Shown: positions 1-10,188 of the stretch, piece after piece
Numbering within the stretch: position 1 is the first letter of the stretch
Layout: every line of letters begins with the position of its first letter
Origin: a virus
Strand: one strand, 5' to 3'
Length of the DNA: 64,000 nucleotides
Virus record (IMG/VR): IMGVR_UViG_2563366762_000007
Span: 635 to 64,634 of that record
Program-made: the position numbers and the translations under genes
Notes under the pieces: generated by a model
Databases searched by the model: none
Seen by the model: the letters and a program-made list of their open reading frames with translations, nothing else
What the model was told of the DNA's origin: nothing

Positions 1-607
1 TCGTTTGTCGCAACAATGTAAATTTGCTATAGAGAACTTTCCCGCAGCTTCATATTCCGTAAGAATAGCTTCTGCATCAAGTACTACCAGCAAATAGTCA
101 CAATTGCACAAAATCTTTATTGTATTTATATGGCGCTCTTGCCCAACGCTATCCTTCGCCACAATGTGATCATTACAGCCGATTGTAATCTGATAACACC
201 CAGTGGAGAAATCCTTAAAAAGGCTCACCGCCAGCCTATAACGCATTTGCTTAGCTTCTTTATCCAAATACTGTCCTTTTTGCGACATTACGGTTATGCT
301 TTAAGAATTCCAAATTAGATATCCTACAATCCATATGGTCATTATTCATATGGTCAACAACATATCCTTTTTCTGTCAAATCTCTAAGAACATCATCACC
401 ATACCACTTAGCCATCATATATCGGTGAAGGCCTCCACCAAGTGTGGCATTAGTTGGATACCCATTTGATAGTGTCCATGTATGAGTGGATAGCTCCTCA
501 TAATAATCCTCACGATACGTTGCGAAAGCCATCTGTTCCCAGCCCTCACGCATTATTGAAATTATGTCACCATGTATATTAAATTTATTCTTACTTTTTC
601 GTGGCAT
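1..607 (-). pseudogene. HNH endonuclease-domain gene, frameshifted and running off the window edge
   Basis: HNH_3-like motif VVDHMNNDHMDCRISNLEFLKHNRN. The ORF stops at 260, but removing one A from the A5 run (277-281) gives ...VAKGQYLDKEAKQMRYRLAVSLFKDF... open to position 1. Confidence 0.65.
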
Positions 608-618
608 AGCAACCTCCT

Positions 619-828
619 TTAGTCATTACGTTCAGAGTCTTCGATTTCCAAAGAGTAGAATGCTTGCCAGTTATCTTTGAAGATCTGATGGAATTCTCTA
701 TGTGAAACAGGCTTTTTATTGTTTGGCGTTAATTGCACATAGGCTGCATAAGCTACCGCTTGAATACTCACGCGCTGATCATTCAATATGATATCTATTA
801 TTTCTTCGTCTCTCGGTGTAAGATACAT
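619..828 (-). CDS. Hypothetical protein (69 aa)
   Basis: ORF with GAGG RBS, co-directional within the operon. Confidence 0.6.
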   Translation of the reverse strand: MYLTPRDEEIIDIILNDQRVSIQAVAYAAYVQLTPNNKKPVSHREFHQIFKDNWQAFYSLEIEDSERND

Positions 829-884
829 TTTTCTTCCTCATGTCTCTTTACTTTTAAGTTCCTTAAGGACATATCAAGGCTTAA

Positions 885-1892
885 TTAACCCCATGTCTTA
901 GATTTAAGAAGTTCAGCGATTTCCAGAGTTTCAGGTAGCTGCTCTGTCTCAAGAATTTGTGTCAAATCAAATACTCGTGAACCCATAGGAGCTCTTGGTG
1001 TTATCTTCTTAAAGTCAGTTTCATAAAATTTTTCTACAAAAAAGTATCTGTTAGCATCTAACACATATCCATACTTCTTTCCGTCTTCCATAGCTCTGGC
1101 TATCTGCTGCTTTCTTTCATCGGTCAATTTTCCAAGTTCAGCTTTATACTCAATACCAGCTTCCGTAGTGACTGCTGTGATGATTGCAATGATTTTTCCT
1201 ATGGCTCTTACACTTTTTCTTTTGTATAACCCTAGATAATCATGGGCGCTGAAGCCACGATCAATGTTATCATAGTAGAGGTTTTCATTAACATTAAAAT
1301 CAAATGTTGTACTAGCAAGTTGAACCCTCATACGCTTCCACGAATCTGAAACAATAATTAACTTGTCGTTATAGCAGTAATTCAGGTAATCGTCCAGAAC
1401 CTCTTGCATTTCATAATCTCTGTCATCAATAACATCTCGTATCGCATCAATAATCCCTTCGAAGGTAGTATTAACGTGCATTACTGGATATGTCTGTGTG
1501 GCGTTATATGCCTTCAAATGCTCTTCGAACTCTTTTTTCTTTTCTGATTTCATCAACTCAGGTGCTAAAGTTATCATAACTTTATATTTTTCATCACTGA
1601 AAGACTTCAAATGGCGGAGCAACTGATCTGTATAAAACCAGTCAGACATTTTCGTCTCAACAACAATTTTGAAGCTCTCCTGTGTGATAGTAGCATCCGG
1701 AATACTTTCGACACTTTTTTCCTGTAAATTAAAAACTATCTCTGGTTCAAAGGAGTCAGAAAAGAACTCTGATTTCAAAAAGCGAAAGAACTTATCTGAA
1801 GAATATGAATAAAGCCGAGACAATAGCAACATCGTATTTGCTGTAGCAACATTTTCTTTCTCATGGTATCTCTGGAAATAATGAATCTTCAT
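885..1892 (-). CDS. PD-(D/E)XK nuclease superfamily protein
   Basis: Motifs ENVAT ... IPDATITQESFKIVVETK ... DQLLRH. Start moved to MKIHYFQ after a GAGG RBS. Confidence 0.7.
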   Translation of the reverse strand: MKIHYFQRYHEKENVATANTMLLLSRLYSYSSDKFFRFLKSEFFSDSFEPEIVFNLQEKSVESIPDATITQESFKIVVETKMSDWFYTDQLLRHLKSFSDEKYKVMITLAPELMKSEKKKEFEEHLKAYNATQTYPVMHVNTTFEGIIDAIRDVIDDRDYEMQEVLDDYLNYCYNDKLIIVSDSWKRMRVQLASTTFDFNVNENLYYDNIDRGFSAHDYLGLYKRKSVRAIGKIIAIITAVTTEAGIEYKAELGKLTDERKQQIARAMEDGKKYGYVLDANRYFFVEKFYETDFKKITPRAPMGSRVFDLTQILETEQLPETLEIAELLKSKTWG

Positions 1893-1894
1893 AA

Positions 1895-2881
1895 CTATTT
1901 GTCTCCTCTGTTTTTCTTTCCGTAGTTCTTCGGGAAGTAATCCTTCCCAAGCTGCCAAACATACTGGTCGATTTGCTTCAGGTTAAATTTATCCAAGCCA
2001 TAGAAGGCACGGAAATCAATCAGTATGCCTTTGAAATTAACATAGTCTTTCAAATCTCCATCTTGGAAATCTGAGAAGCTATCACGATTTCTAAAATAGC
2101 GAAGCACCTCATCGACGTAGCTGTCATAAATCGGATAATCGAGTGGATTGTGATGGCTACAATACTTTGTGGCAAAGGAGTAAAAATTCTTCTCTATATC
2201 ACCGATAGTTACATACTGGATATCTCCAACAAGGGTAACATCACCGGCCTTAAGCCTCGTATCAATATCCAGAGCGCATATATGCTTAGCCACCGGATAG
2301 ATTGAGAAAATGTTCGTACTATAAAAATCATTAAGCGTTGATGCCTTCAAAAGAATATCGATAACGTCTGTATTCTTTGGGCATAGCTCAAAGAACAGTT
2401 TATTAAGTGCATCCTCCTGCAGGTGGTAGTTCTCAAGGCCGTCCCACTTTACAAGATAAAACTCAACCTGCTCGATTGACGGATAAGGAACATCAACATC
2501 CATTTTCTTCTTACGAGTATATGCACGATTAGCAGTTTTTCCCTGATTGAGCACAGATGGCTCGGCAGTTCCATCAGAAGCTAAGAATAAACGGAACCTT
2601 CTAAGATGAGACAAGTAACCATTAACAAGTGAACTAACATTACCGGTCGAGTTCTCAGAAAGAGCCTTTATTAACGCATTCTTTGCCTCATTCTCAAAAT
2701 CAGTAGCGGTCACCGCATTCCAGAACAGCTCTTTGCTTCCTTTTCTCCAAAGGTAGAAGGTGTCCACATAAGCAGTATTGATTGTTGCTTTTGAAATGTT
2801 CTGGCTATGTAGGAAGTTCCTATATAAAGCCCGCAGTTCATCATACGGTAAAGCTTTCATTTTATTAATATCCAAGGTCAA
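1895..2881 (-). CDS. Two-domain hypothetical protein with a HhH DNA-glycosylase-like C-terminal domain
   Basis: SFATKYCSHHNPLDYPIYDSYV ... LKQIDQYVW resembles the K...PIxD / D..W pattern of OGG/HhH-like glycosylases. Confidence 0.45.
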   Translation of the reverse strand: MTLDINKMKALPYDELRALYRNFLHSQNISKATINTAYVDTFYLWRKGSKELFWNAVTATDFENEAKNALIKALSENSTGNVSSLVNGYLSHLRRFRLFLASDGTAEPSVLNQGKTANRAYTRKKKMDVDVPYPSIEQVEFYLVKWDGLENYHLQEDALNKLFFELCPKNTDVIDILLKASTLNDFYSTNIFSIYPVAKHICALDIDTRLKAGDVTLVGDIQYVTIGDIEKNFYSFATKYCSHHNPLDYPIYDSYVDEVLRYFRNRDSFSDFQDGDLKDYVNFKGILIDFRAFYGLDKFNLKQIDQYVWQLGKDYFPKNYGKKNRGDK

Positions 2882-2892
2882 ACCTCCTTTAC

Positions 2893-3300
2893 TTAATACT
2901 GTTTTAATCTTTCAAGCCACTTCAATATACAGCCACTCTTAAAGAAATCTAATAATGCACCATCGCTAAAGCGCTCGGCTCTAACAGCACCCATAATAAG
3001 CGCAAGTACACACTGTGCATTCAAATTTGAAACGTCAGCATTCTTCATAGATTCCGCACCCCATTCAAGGCCGTTAGCTTTGAGAATATCTCCATAACGA
3101 GTAAGCTCAATATCTTTATTACTTTCTTCAAAGGTGTAAACATCGTCAATGAAGTTATGTACCATTTCGGAATAACCCACAAAAGGCTTCTGTATCGGAT
3201 GCCCTGGTGTTCCATTGTTTTCTTTATCAACAACCCATTCACCAATGCTATCCGCTTGGATCATAGGTATGTATTTTGTCAAAATATCGAATTTACTCAT
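2893..3300 (-). CDS. DUF6508-like protein
   Basis: C-terminal VRAERFSDGALLDFFKSGCILKWLERL. Start MSKFDIL overlaps the upstream stop. Confidence 0.6.
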   Translation of the reverse strand: MSKFDILTKYIPMIQADSIGEWVVDKENNGTPGHPIQKPFVGYSEMVHNFIDDVYTFEESNKDIELTRYGDILKANGLEWGAESMKNADVSNLNAQCVLALIMGAVRAERFSDGALLDFFKSGCILKWLERLKQY

Positions 3301-3973
3301 CCTTGCCCTCCTCAGTATCGTCAATGCCAAATAACATCTGGAACTTATCGAAGTTATACGGGTATGAGTTATCGCCATCAAACCTTACCGATTTATGGCC
3401 ATTGTTATATTCAAATTCCAACTCCCACTGCGTACCATCACACACCATGTACCCAAAGCGCTTAGTTGAATATCGCCTGCGCCATTCACCGATGTGAAGA
3501 TCCTTAAGTGCGGCTATGAAAGTATCTTTTGTAAATGGCTTCTTGTTAGCATCATCTAACAAGAAAAGTGGTTCTTTATCTTCCCATAATTTTGTATAGG
3601 CTTTCAATTCATCTGATAGTTCTATAACATAACTACGGTAGCCACCAAAGAAACCGTCAATGCTAAAGTTAATCTTGCAGATTGCACCCATATTTGCATC
3701 AAAGTCAGCGGTCTTTTCTTCTGACTTTGATAAGGTATAAGTTCCTCCAGCTTCAGCATAGGCTTGCTTGGCTCCTTCCAAGTATTCACGAGTCCAGTGA
3801 AGGCGCGTTTCTTTACTCGGATGCACAATAGGTACTATGCCATAGTCCGGGCTTTCCATTGTATTTTTAAGACGGCCTATTTCTTGCTTAAGCCCACGTA
3901 TAACGGTCAGAATCTGTTCTTCAGTTTTTCCTTTGAGATACTCTTCATAGTATCCTTCCGGGCTAATCATCAT
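3293..3973 (-). CDS. Hypothetical protein (226 aa)
   Basis: Long ORF with GGAGG RBS and a conserved-looking DGTQWEL...GDNSYP motif. Confidence 0.7.
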   Translation of the reverse strand: MMISPEGYYEEYLKGKTEEQILTVIRGLKQEIGRLKNTMESPDYGIVPIVHPSKETRLHWTREYLEGAKQAYAEAGGTYTLSKSEEKTADFDANMGAICKINFSIDGFFGGYRSYVIELSDELKAYTKLWEDKEPLFLLDDANKKPFTKDTFIAALKDLHIGEWRRRYSTKRFGYMVCDGTQWELEFEYNNGHKSVRFDGDNSYPYNFDKFQMLFGIDDTEEGKDE

Positions 3974-3988
3974 ATTAGGCCGCCTCCT

Positions 3989-4213
3989 TTACTCATTTCC
4001 TGTCTTTATTTTATTGCCATTGGGCAGAATGAAAGCCTGCTCAAACTTAACGTCCATCACATCTGCTATAGCCTTAAGTTCTTCTAATGTAATAGTCTCA
4101 CGCTTCAGCTTCTTCCCGAAGTTCTGTGGGGACTGGCCTAACCGTCTAGCCAATTCGGAAACGCTGATATTCATTTGTTCACATAGCTGTCGTATCATGT
4201 CCGAAGTTTTCAT
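3989..4213 (-). CDS. XRE-family HTH transcriptional regulator
   Basis: ISVSELARRLGQSPQNFGKKLKRETITLEELKAIA helix-turn-helix. First gene of the operon. Confidence 0.85.
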   Translation of the reverse strand: MKTSDMIRQLCEQMNISVSELARRLGQSPQNFGKKLKRETITLEELKAIADVMDVKFEQAFILPNGNKIKTGNE

Positions 4214-4311
4214 TATAATTCCTCCAAACCTCACTAGTAATAACGTAAACCATTTGGTTTCAATCTACAATATTAACATATAAATGTTTACAAACAACAA
4301 AACCCGCAACT

Positions 4312-4940
4312 AAGACCTTTGTCCGCACTTATAACTTCCTATCCGCTATATTGCCATACGGTTCTGTGGATTGGGAGAAGCTATCCATATTTTTAAATCT
4401 TCTTGTAAACAAGCTACCGAGACCAAATAATGGAGACGATTTGTCAGAAGGCATTTTGGAAAGTGTCGATCTAGAAGGCTACCGCGTAGTTGCACAGGGA
4501 ACTATGTCAATTTCTCTTGCGGATGAAAATGCAGAAATTGACCCAATACCAGTAAGCACAGATGTGGGCATCCCCGTACCGGAACTAGATACATTAACGC
4601 ATATACTTGAAACTTTCCATGATATATGGGGGGACTGTGATTGGACAGATGAAGATAGAATAAGACGTCAAGTTGCCGACCAGACATCGTTAGCCGGGAT
4701 GAAGCTTATCAAAACGCTATGAAATACTCTGATGCTCAAAATGCACGTGACGAAAGTGATCGTGCTACGATTGAAGCTATTATGAACACGATCTCAACCA
4801 ACATGGAACTGTATGAAGCTTTTGAAAGCGATAAACGCAATAAAAATAATCAGTCCTTCAAAAAGTGGTTATTAGATATGGTCTTTAATACAACATACAA
4901 ACCAGAAACACGTGAAAATCCTCCAAAGGTTAATCCATAA
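4312..4940 (+). pseudogene. hsdR: C-terminal remnant of a type I restriction subunit, frameshifted near 4680-4720
   Basis: KTFVRTYNFLSAILPYGSVDWEKLSIFLNLL...PELDTLTHILETFHDIWG, then SDAQNAR...FKKWLLDMVF in another frame. No helicase core or start is present. Confidence 0.7.
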
Positions 4941-4967
4941 AGGAAAAACCTAGGAGGTGGTGTAAAC

Positions 4968-5867
4968 GTGGCTACACGAGGAAAAAGTATAAATCTGTTT
5001 TTAATGGATGGTACACCAAATGGGAGAATAAAGTGTACCCTTGCTAATTGGACAGGTGTCGCTTACAAAATACCGCGCACAGAACTTGATAAATGTAAGG
5101 GACGCGACGATCTATCCCAAAGCGGTGTCTACTTCTTATTTGGCACTTCAGATCAAACAGATGACAATGTGGTATATGTTAGTCAAACTGGTGTACGGAA
5201 AAATGGTGAGGGTCTTCTCTGCCGCTTAATTGAACATAAACGAAACCCGGATAAGGATTATTGGACAGAGGCTATTGTATTTACTACATCCAATAATTCA
5301 TTTGGCCCTACAGAGATAAGTTATCTTGAGAACCGTTTCTGTGGGCTTGCAGTGGATGCCAGTCGGTATATAGTTAAAAATGGCAATGACCCCACTCCAG
5401 GTAACATAACAGAAGAAAAAGAAAGCGAACTAGAAGAGTTCATAGATTACGCAAAAATTATAATGGGGGCTCTAGGACATAAGTTATTTGAACCATTAAC
5501 AGATAAGCCTAAAGCAGCTGTTCCCATAGAATCTCCTGAAGATGAGTTACTTCTCTTTCTGAAGCGAAAAAGTCGCAAAAGCGGACTTGTTATTGAAGCA
5601 AGCTGTAAACAAACAAATGAGGGCTTTGTCGTCTTAAAAGGCAGCCATATAGAAACTATAGATTCCGAAAGTATTCCACCCGGAATTAAAGAACGTAGAC
5701 AAAAAGCCAAAATAGATGAGAACGGAATACTGCAAGAAGACATCTTAGTTCGTAGCCCATCATATGCTGCTGCCTTTGTCATTGGAGGTCACGTAAACGG
5801 TCTAATAGAATGGAAAACAAAAGATGGAGTATCGTTGAAAGAGATAGAAAATAATGAGGATAATTGA
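4968..5867 (+). CDS. GIY-YIG nuclease family protein with C-terminal DUF4357
   Basis: GVYFLFG...VYVSQT...RLIEH...KDYW...YLE, and C-terminal SPSYAAAFVIGGHVNGLIEWK. Confidence 0.8.
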   Translation: MATRGKSINLFLMDGTPNGRIKCTLANWTGVAYKIPRTELDKCKGRDDLSQSGVYFLFGTSDQTDDNVVYVSQTGVRKNGEGLLCRLIEHKRNPDKDYWTEAIVFTTSNNSFGPTEISYLENRFCGLAVDASRYIVKNGNDPTPGNITEEKESELEEFIDYAKIIMGALGHKLFEPLTDKPKAAVPIESPEDELLLFLKRKSRKSGLVIEASCKQTNEGFVVLKGSHIETIDSESIPPGIKERRQKAKIDENGILQEDILVRSPSYAAAFVIGGHVNGLIEWKTKDGVSLKEIENNEDN

Positions 5868-5879
5868 GCTTAATTTTAC

Positions 5880-5993
5880 ATCTAATCTGTCAACTCAACC
5901 CTGATTAATTTTAGGTTAAAATTTCACCCAAAAATATACCCTCGATATGTTTCCATAGACACACATCGAGGGTTAAAGTCGAGTTGATAGATT
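5880..5993. repeat. Element-end site cluster 3 (inverted degenerate sites plus hairpin)
   Basis: ATCTAATCTGTCAACTCAACCCT (5880-5902). Inverted copy 5978-5993 is identical to 62361-62376. Hairpin 5938-5973 contains GATATGTTTCC. Confidence 0.75.
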
Positions 5994-6038
5994 TACTTTT
6001 ATTTTTTTAAACCTAGCATTCACAAGACTTTCTAGGCT

Positions 6039-6074
6039 TTACTTTCTAGACATCAAACATACCGTCTCAACATG
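6039..6074 (-). repeat. Third copy of the rlmD 3' end (att junction)
   Basis: Minus strand reads HVETVCLMSRK*, versus rlmD HVECVVLMSRVEK*. It begins at the same CATG. Confidence 0.8.
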
Positions 6075-6203
6075 GCTTAAACCACCAAGCTTGATGTCTA
6101 AGCGTTTTTTATGGAATCTTACATCTACGGGAATATATCAACTTGCTAAGTACCTTATGAATCTAAAACTACAATCCCATACTGGAATCATTTATAGTCA
6201 TGC

Positions 6204-9200
6204 CTATTCGTTTTCTTGTTTATTATATTCGTCAATGATTGAAATCGTTGTATTTGCCACTTTACTACCAAGTGAAGCATACAACTTCTTATCTCCAATG
6301 ACATAAAATTCTTCTTTAGCCCTTGTAGAAGCAACATTCATCATATTAGGCTCGGTAACTGCCCATTTTGCAGCACCTTTACTATCGGTATCTGCACCGA
6401 GTACAAAATAAACAATCTTTGCCTCTTTACCTTGAAAAGTATGAACAGTACCTACATTTGTTGGTTTTCCTTTTTCTCGTTTTGTAAATCTAATATCGTC
6501 CAAAAATTTTGCAAGCTTGAACGCCACATTTCTAAATGGAGATATAACATAAATTTCATCCTTTAGTTCTGGATTTTCTTGCAAACGCTCATTTATTAAA
6601 TTTTTAAGTAATTCGGCTTGCTCCTTCACAAATTTATCATTCGCTTTTCCTGTTGAGTCATACCATTCCGATTTTCCATATGACTCTTCTTCATTCTTTC
6701 CTTGTACCATCAATCCATCATATGATATTTTATTTGAAATTGTAAACATTGGATAGTTCGAACGCCTATGTACCCAAAGTGGAATGCCTATCCACTCATT
6801 CTCATTCTTTCGGAATCCATATTGACTCGTATCATCCACAATTGTTTGAGTTGATGCATTAGCTGAAACATACTTTTCATTAACATTAAAATTTCTCCCG
6901 ATTAAATTCAAAATATTTGAATCTAACGTCAATACTGGTTTAATTTGTGAAGGATCTCCAACCACTGTTACTTTTTTGCTTCTAAAAATTGCACCTACAC
7001 TTGCCTGTGGTAGCGCTTGACCAGCTTCATCTATGAATAAATGACTAATTGAATTTTCATTAAGATTTTTAAACATTCTACCAAAACTAGCAAAAGTTGT
7101 ACTTACAACAGGGATAGTAAAGTTCAGCCATTGCCAAGATTCTAATATTAATTGATAACCATTATCTTTTGAATTGTAATCCAACTGTCGACTCCAAATA
7201 TTTCTAGCGGCTCTTAAATGTTTTTTATTTTCAAATAAAAATTGCTTTCTGACTTTTAGTGCTGATATAAAAAGCTTAGATTGCAAGATACGAAAGTTTT
7301 TATTAAACCAAGGATTAGACTTTTGAAGCTCTTCATACGATTGTGAAAAATCTAGTTCTTTAATATCACTTTGAGATTTTGTTTTCTCCAATGACACTAT
7401 ATTTCGCTCTATATCTTGTAATACTTTTTGTTGTGCTGACAACCATCTATTAAAGGCATTATTAGCCTTTTTAATTTGTTCTTTATTAGCATCTATTTTG
7501 ATAGCATTTCCTTTCATTGCATCATGTAAAGTATCTTTATTATTTAAGCATTCCCTTTTTTGTTCAGTAATACGATTCAAGGTGTCATTTGCATTGTTTA
7601 GCTTGTCGATATATTGATTAACTTTAGACCGATTAAAAATCTTTTGAAGCAATAATAAACCCGGTTTTTGTTCCTTAATAACATCAAAATTCCTTTCTGC
7701 CTGAGCTTGTTCATTATCTAATCTTTCCATTTTAACGGAAACATCCAACAAATCATTTTGTATTCTATTATTTTGCTCCTTCAACCTCTCTATTTCATTC
7801 GTTATTTCTGTTTCCAATGATAATAATTCTGTTCGTTTCTCACTTTCCTCTTGTTTAAAATCCCAGCTTTGCTTTTTATATTGATTTTTCAAATCTAAAA
7901 GTGGCCTAATTTCTTCACTATATTTTTGGATTCTATCTCTTTCAACTCTTAATTCATTATACAATTGTATAAATTCTTCATAAATATTTGAATTAGGTTG
8001 ATAATCATTTTCAAGATATTGTTCAATAAACTCTATTGTTAAAAGTAGTTTGTTAACGTTACTGGACGCGCCACCTTCTAACGAAAAAACTCCCCAGTTT
8101 CCTTTTTCCATCAATTCACTTTTTAGCTCTCGTTTATTAGAATAATCAACATCTAATTTTGAATTTGATATATCCCTAAAGTAATCTGCTTCTGCTAATA
8201 AATCCTGAAATTCGATACCGATATCTTTTTGTTTTGGCAATTCCATTACAATATTTTGAACTGCTCCATTATTAGAACTTGCAACAACGATATTCTTGTC
8301 TGAAATTAAATGTGGTAAAACTCCTAGTTTGGCATTTTTCCAATAAACTAAACTACCCTGGATACTTTTATCTGATAGTTGACATATAGCTAATGCTTGT
8401 TGAACAACTAAATCAGCAAAAATATCCTTCAACAGAGTCGTCTTTCCTGTTCCAGGTGGACCATTCACGCCACAAATGTTGTTATCTTCTTTCAAAGCTA
8501 AGTTAACCGCGGTTTGTTGCATAAGCGAAAGTGCATATTCGGGATTACTCGGAAAACGTCCTAACGGATAATTTTTTGGCTGTAAAATTTCCTTGAAAAT
8601 GTCCGGGTTAAAATTCGATGAATCTTTTTTACTATCAAAGTTAAATCTTTCACCTGAATAACCATTAAAATAACGACTCAAATTCTCTGTTTTTATGTTC
8701 TTTGCTTTTTGTAAATCATCAATAAAAAATGAATGTAAATTCGCATCATCATACTCTAAGTTTTTAACAAATCCATAACGGAAATTTTCGAAAGTAGCGT
8801 TATATTTTTGGAAAAGTTCTGAAATTGTTGTATTAAAACCTTCATCATCAAATCTTCTACTCAGGTCTTCACGAAATTTGTTTTCTATTTCCATAAATTC
8901 CTTTGGAAGTTCACCGTTAGCCCGAACATATCCACTCATCGTAAGGAAAAATTTTTCTGCAATAAAATTTAATTCTTTATCAAAATACAAACAAAATGTA
9001 AATTTATCAGAATTGCTTGTCTCTTCGTCAGTCGCCGGAATATTATATTTTTTCCTTAGAATATCAATTATTTCTTGGAAGTTAAAAATGTTAAAATACA
9101 ACACTATTCCCGATTTCTCAAAATCCTTCTCTGAACTTTTTTGTAGTTGCTCATTTAGAAACTCTAAAAAAAAATTAAACCACTCATTTGGCTTTGTAGG

Positions 9201-9296
9201 CAATGTTTTTAACTTTTTATCCTTTTTATCTATAGAACCTTCGGACAATTGCTCTATCGTGATCCAAGCATTTAAAATATTTTCTTTTTTATTCAT
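6204..9296 (-). CDS. SF1 DNA2/NAM7(Upf1)-like helicase with a coiled-coil insertion
   Basis: Motifs GPPGTGKTT, SSNNGAVQNI, DEAGQA, VGDPSQIKP, HRRS, ISPFR, GTVHTFQGKEA, NVASTRAK. An alternative GTG start lies at 9317. Confidence 0.85.
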   Translation of the reverse strand: MNKKENILNAWITIEQLSEGSIDKKDKKLKTLPTKPNEWFNFFLEFLNEQLQKSSEKDFEKSGIVLYFNIFNFQEIIDILRKKYNIPATDEETSNSDKFTFCLYFDKELNFIAEKFFLTMSGYVRANGELPKEFMEIENKFREDLSRRFDDEGFNTTISELFQKYNATFENFRYGFVKNLEYDDANLHSFFIDDLQKAKNIKTENLSRYFNGYSGERFNFDSKKDSSNFNPDIFKEILQPKNYPLGRFPSNPEYALSLMQQTAVNLALKEDNNICGVNGPPGTGKTTLLKDIFADLVVQQALAICQLSDKSIQGSLVYWKNAKLGVLPHLISDKNIVVASSNNGAVQNIVMELPKQKDIGIEFQDLLAEADYFRDISNSKLDVDYSNKRELKSELMEKGNWGVFSLEGGASSNVNKLLLTIEFIEQYLENDYQPNSNIYEEFIQLYNELRVERDRIQKYSEEIRPLLDLKNQYKKQSWDFKQEESEKRTELLSLETEITNEIERLKEQNNRIQNDLLDVSVKMERLDNEQAQAERNFDVIKEQKPGLLLLQKIFNRSKVNQYIDKLNNANDTLNRITEQKRECLNNKDTLHDAMKGNAIKIDANKEQIKKANNAFNRWLSAQQKVLQDIERNIVSLEKTKSQSDIKELDFSQSYEELQKSNPWFNKNFRILQSKLFISALKVRKQFLFENKKHLRAARNIWSRQLDYNSKDNGYQLILESWQWLNFTIPVVSTTFASFGRMFKNLNENSISHLFIDEAGQALPQASVGAIFRSKKVTVVGDPSQIKPVLTLDSNILNLIGRNFNVNEKYVSANASTQTIVDDTSQYGFRKNENEWIGIPLWVHRRSNYPMFTISNKISYDGLMVQGKNEEESYGKSEWYDSTGKANDKFVKEQAELLKNLINERLQENPELKDEIYVISPFRNVAFKLAKFLDDIRFTKREKGKPTNVGTVHTFQGKEAKIVYFVLGADTDSKGAAKWAVTEPNMMNVASTRAKEEFYVIGDKKLYASLGSKVANTTISIIDEYNKQENE

Positions 9297-9665
9297 GAAT
9301 TTTTTCTCTTCCCCCACTTACAGCACATTATTTTATATATCAATTGTATTAACTACCTTCTATATGTCTAGAAATTATCAGTCAATTCAAAGCAAAAGCA
9401 ACGATAAAAGCTGTAATGTATCCCTTTGTCAAGACACAAAAATCATTTTTTTAAGATAAACCCTCCTTCCCGGATTAATCTTTTGTTGCCTGTTCAAGTG
9501 TGGAAAATCCCCCCGTTCACCACCCTTGACCTTGTTTGTGTCCGTGATAGTGCTTTTATGGCGGATGGCGGAAAAACAGCCTTTAGGGCTCCATCCACAT
9601 CAAAGCGTATCACGGCCAATCACTTCTAATTTCCGCTGGCGGGACCCCGACCCCATAGCCATCAA

Positions 9666-9704
9666 GCTAACGAAGCATTGCATCTACTTAGTTAGCGTTT
9701 TTTT
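9666..9704 (+). terminator. Intrinsic terminator-like hairpin
   Basis: GCTAACGAAG...CTTAGTTAGC followed by a T run. Confidence 0.45.
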
Positions 9705-9935
9705 ATTTCTTTGATGATTTACTGATATAATAAAAAGGCCATACATAAATAAGCCTACTAAGGTTATGAATTCTTAGAATGTTCGATCCCTTGCTATTAT
9801 GTAACAGTGGCAACGGTTTGTTCATACGCTATGTCCAAAATGTCAAAAACAGTCTGCCTTTGCTTCCTGCGACTTTTCCTTCCGTTTGTCCTGATGCATT
9901 GAAAGGTTCTTATATTACAACTAATCAGATTGATT

Positions 9936-10080
9936 ATACATCTATCCTATCTCCACAACCCTACTGATGTTATCTAATCTATCTACTCAACCCTACATCA
10001 TTTTTCGGTTCTTTTTCCATCCATGGATATGTTCCCGCAAACACATTTTGGCACTTTAGGTTGAGTGGACAAGATAGATG
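9936..10080. repeat. Element-end site cluster 2
   Basis: 9936-9961 matches 62322-62347 at 23/26, and 9972-9995 matches 62357-62380 at 22/24. Inverted rlmD arm TGGATATGTTCCCGCA at 10024-10039 and an inverted motif at 10057-10080. Confidence 0.8.
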
Positions 10081-10109
10081 CAATCCAACAAACCCAGTAA
10101 ATTTAAGGA

Positions 10110-10145
10110 TTACACCCTTGACATCAAGACAACACACTCCACATG
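10110..10145 (-). repeat. Distal prophage att site, second copy of the rlmD 3' end
   Basis: 10119-10145 is identical (27 bp) to 62531-62557 and encodes HVECVVLMSRV*. Confidence 0.9.
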
Positions 10146-10188
10146 GCTCGAGAGGACAGAATGAATGTCATTTGAGCGTATCCGTTCT

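Larger units (their letters stand above)
6075..10145. mobile_element. Non-autonomous ~4.07 kb cassette between two rlmD-tail att junctions
   Basis: Bounded by rlmD 3'-end copies, carries the same end motifs as the prophage, has one AT-rich cargo gene and no recombinase. Confidence 0.65.

Noticed and set aside
8878-9967. Plus-strand ORFs of 60-193 aa
   Set aside because: They are antisense shadows of the helicase or have no RBS or recognisable motifs.
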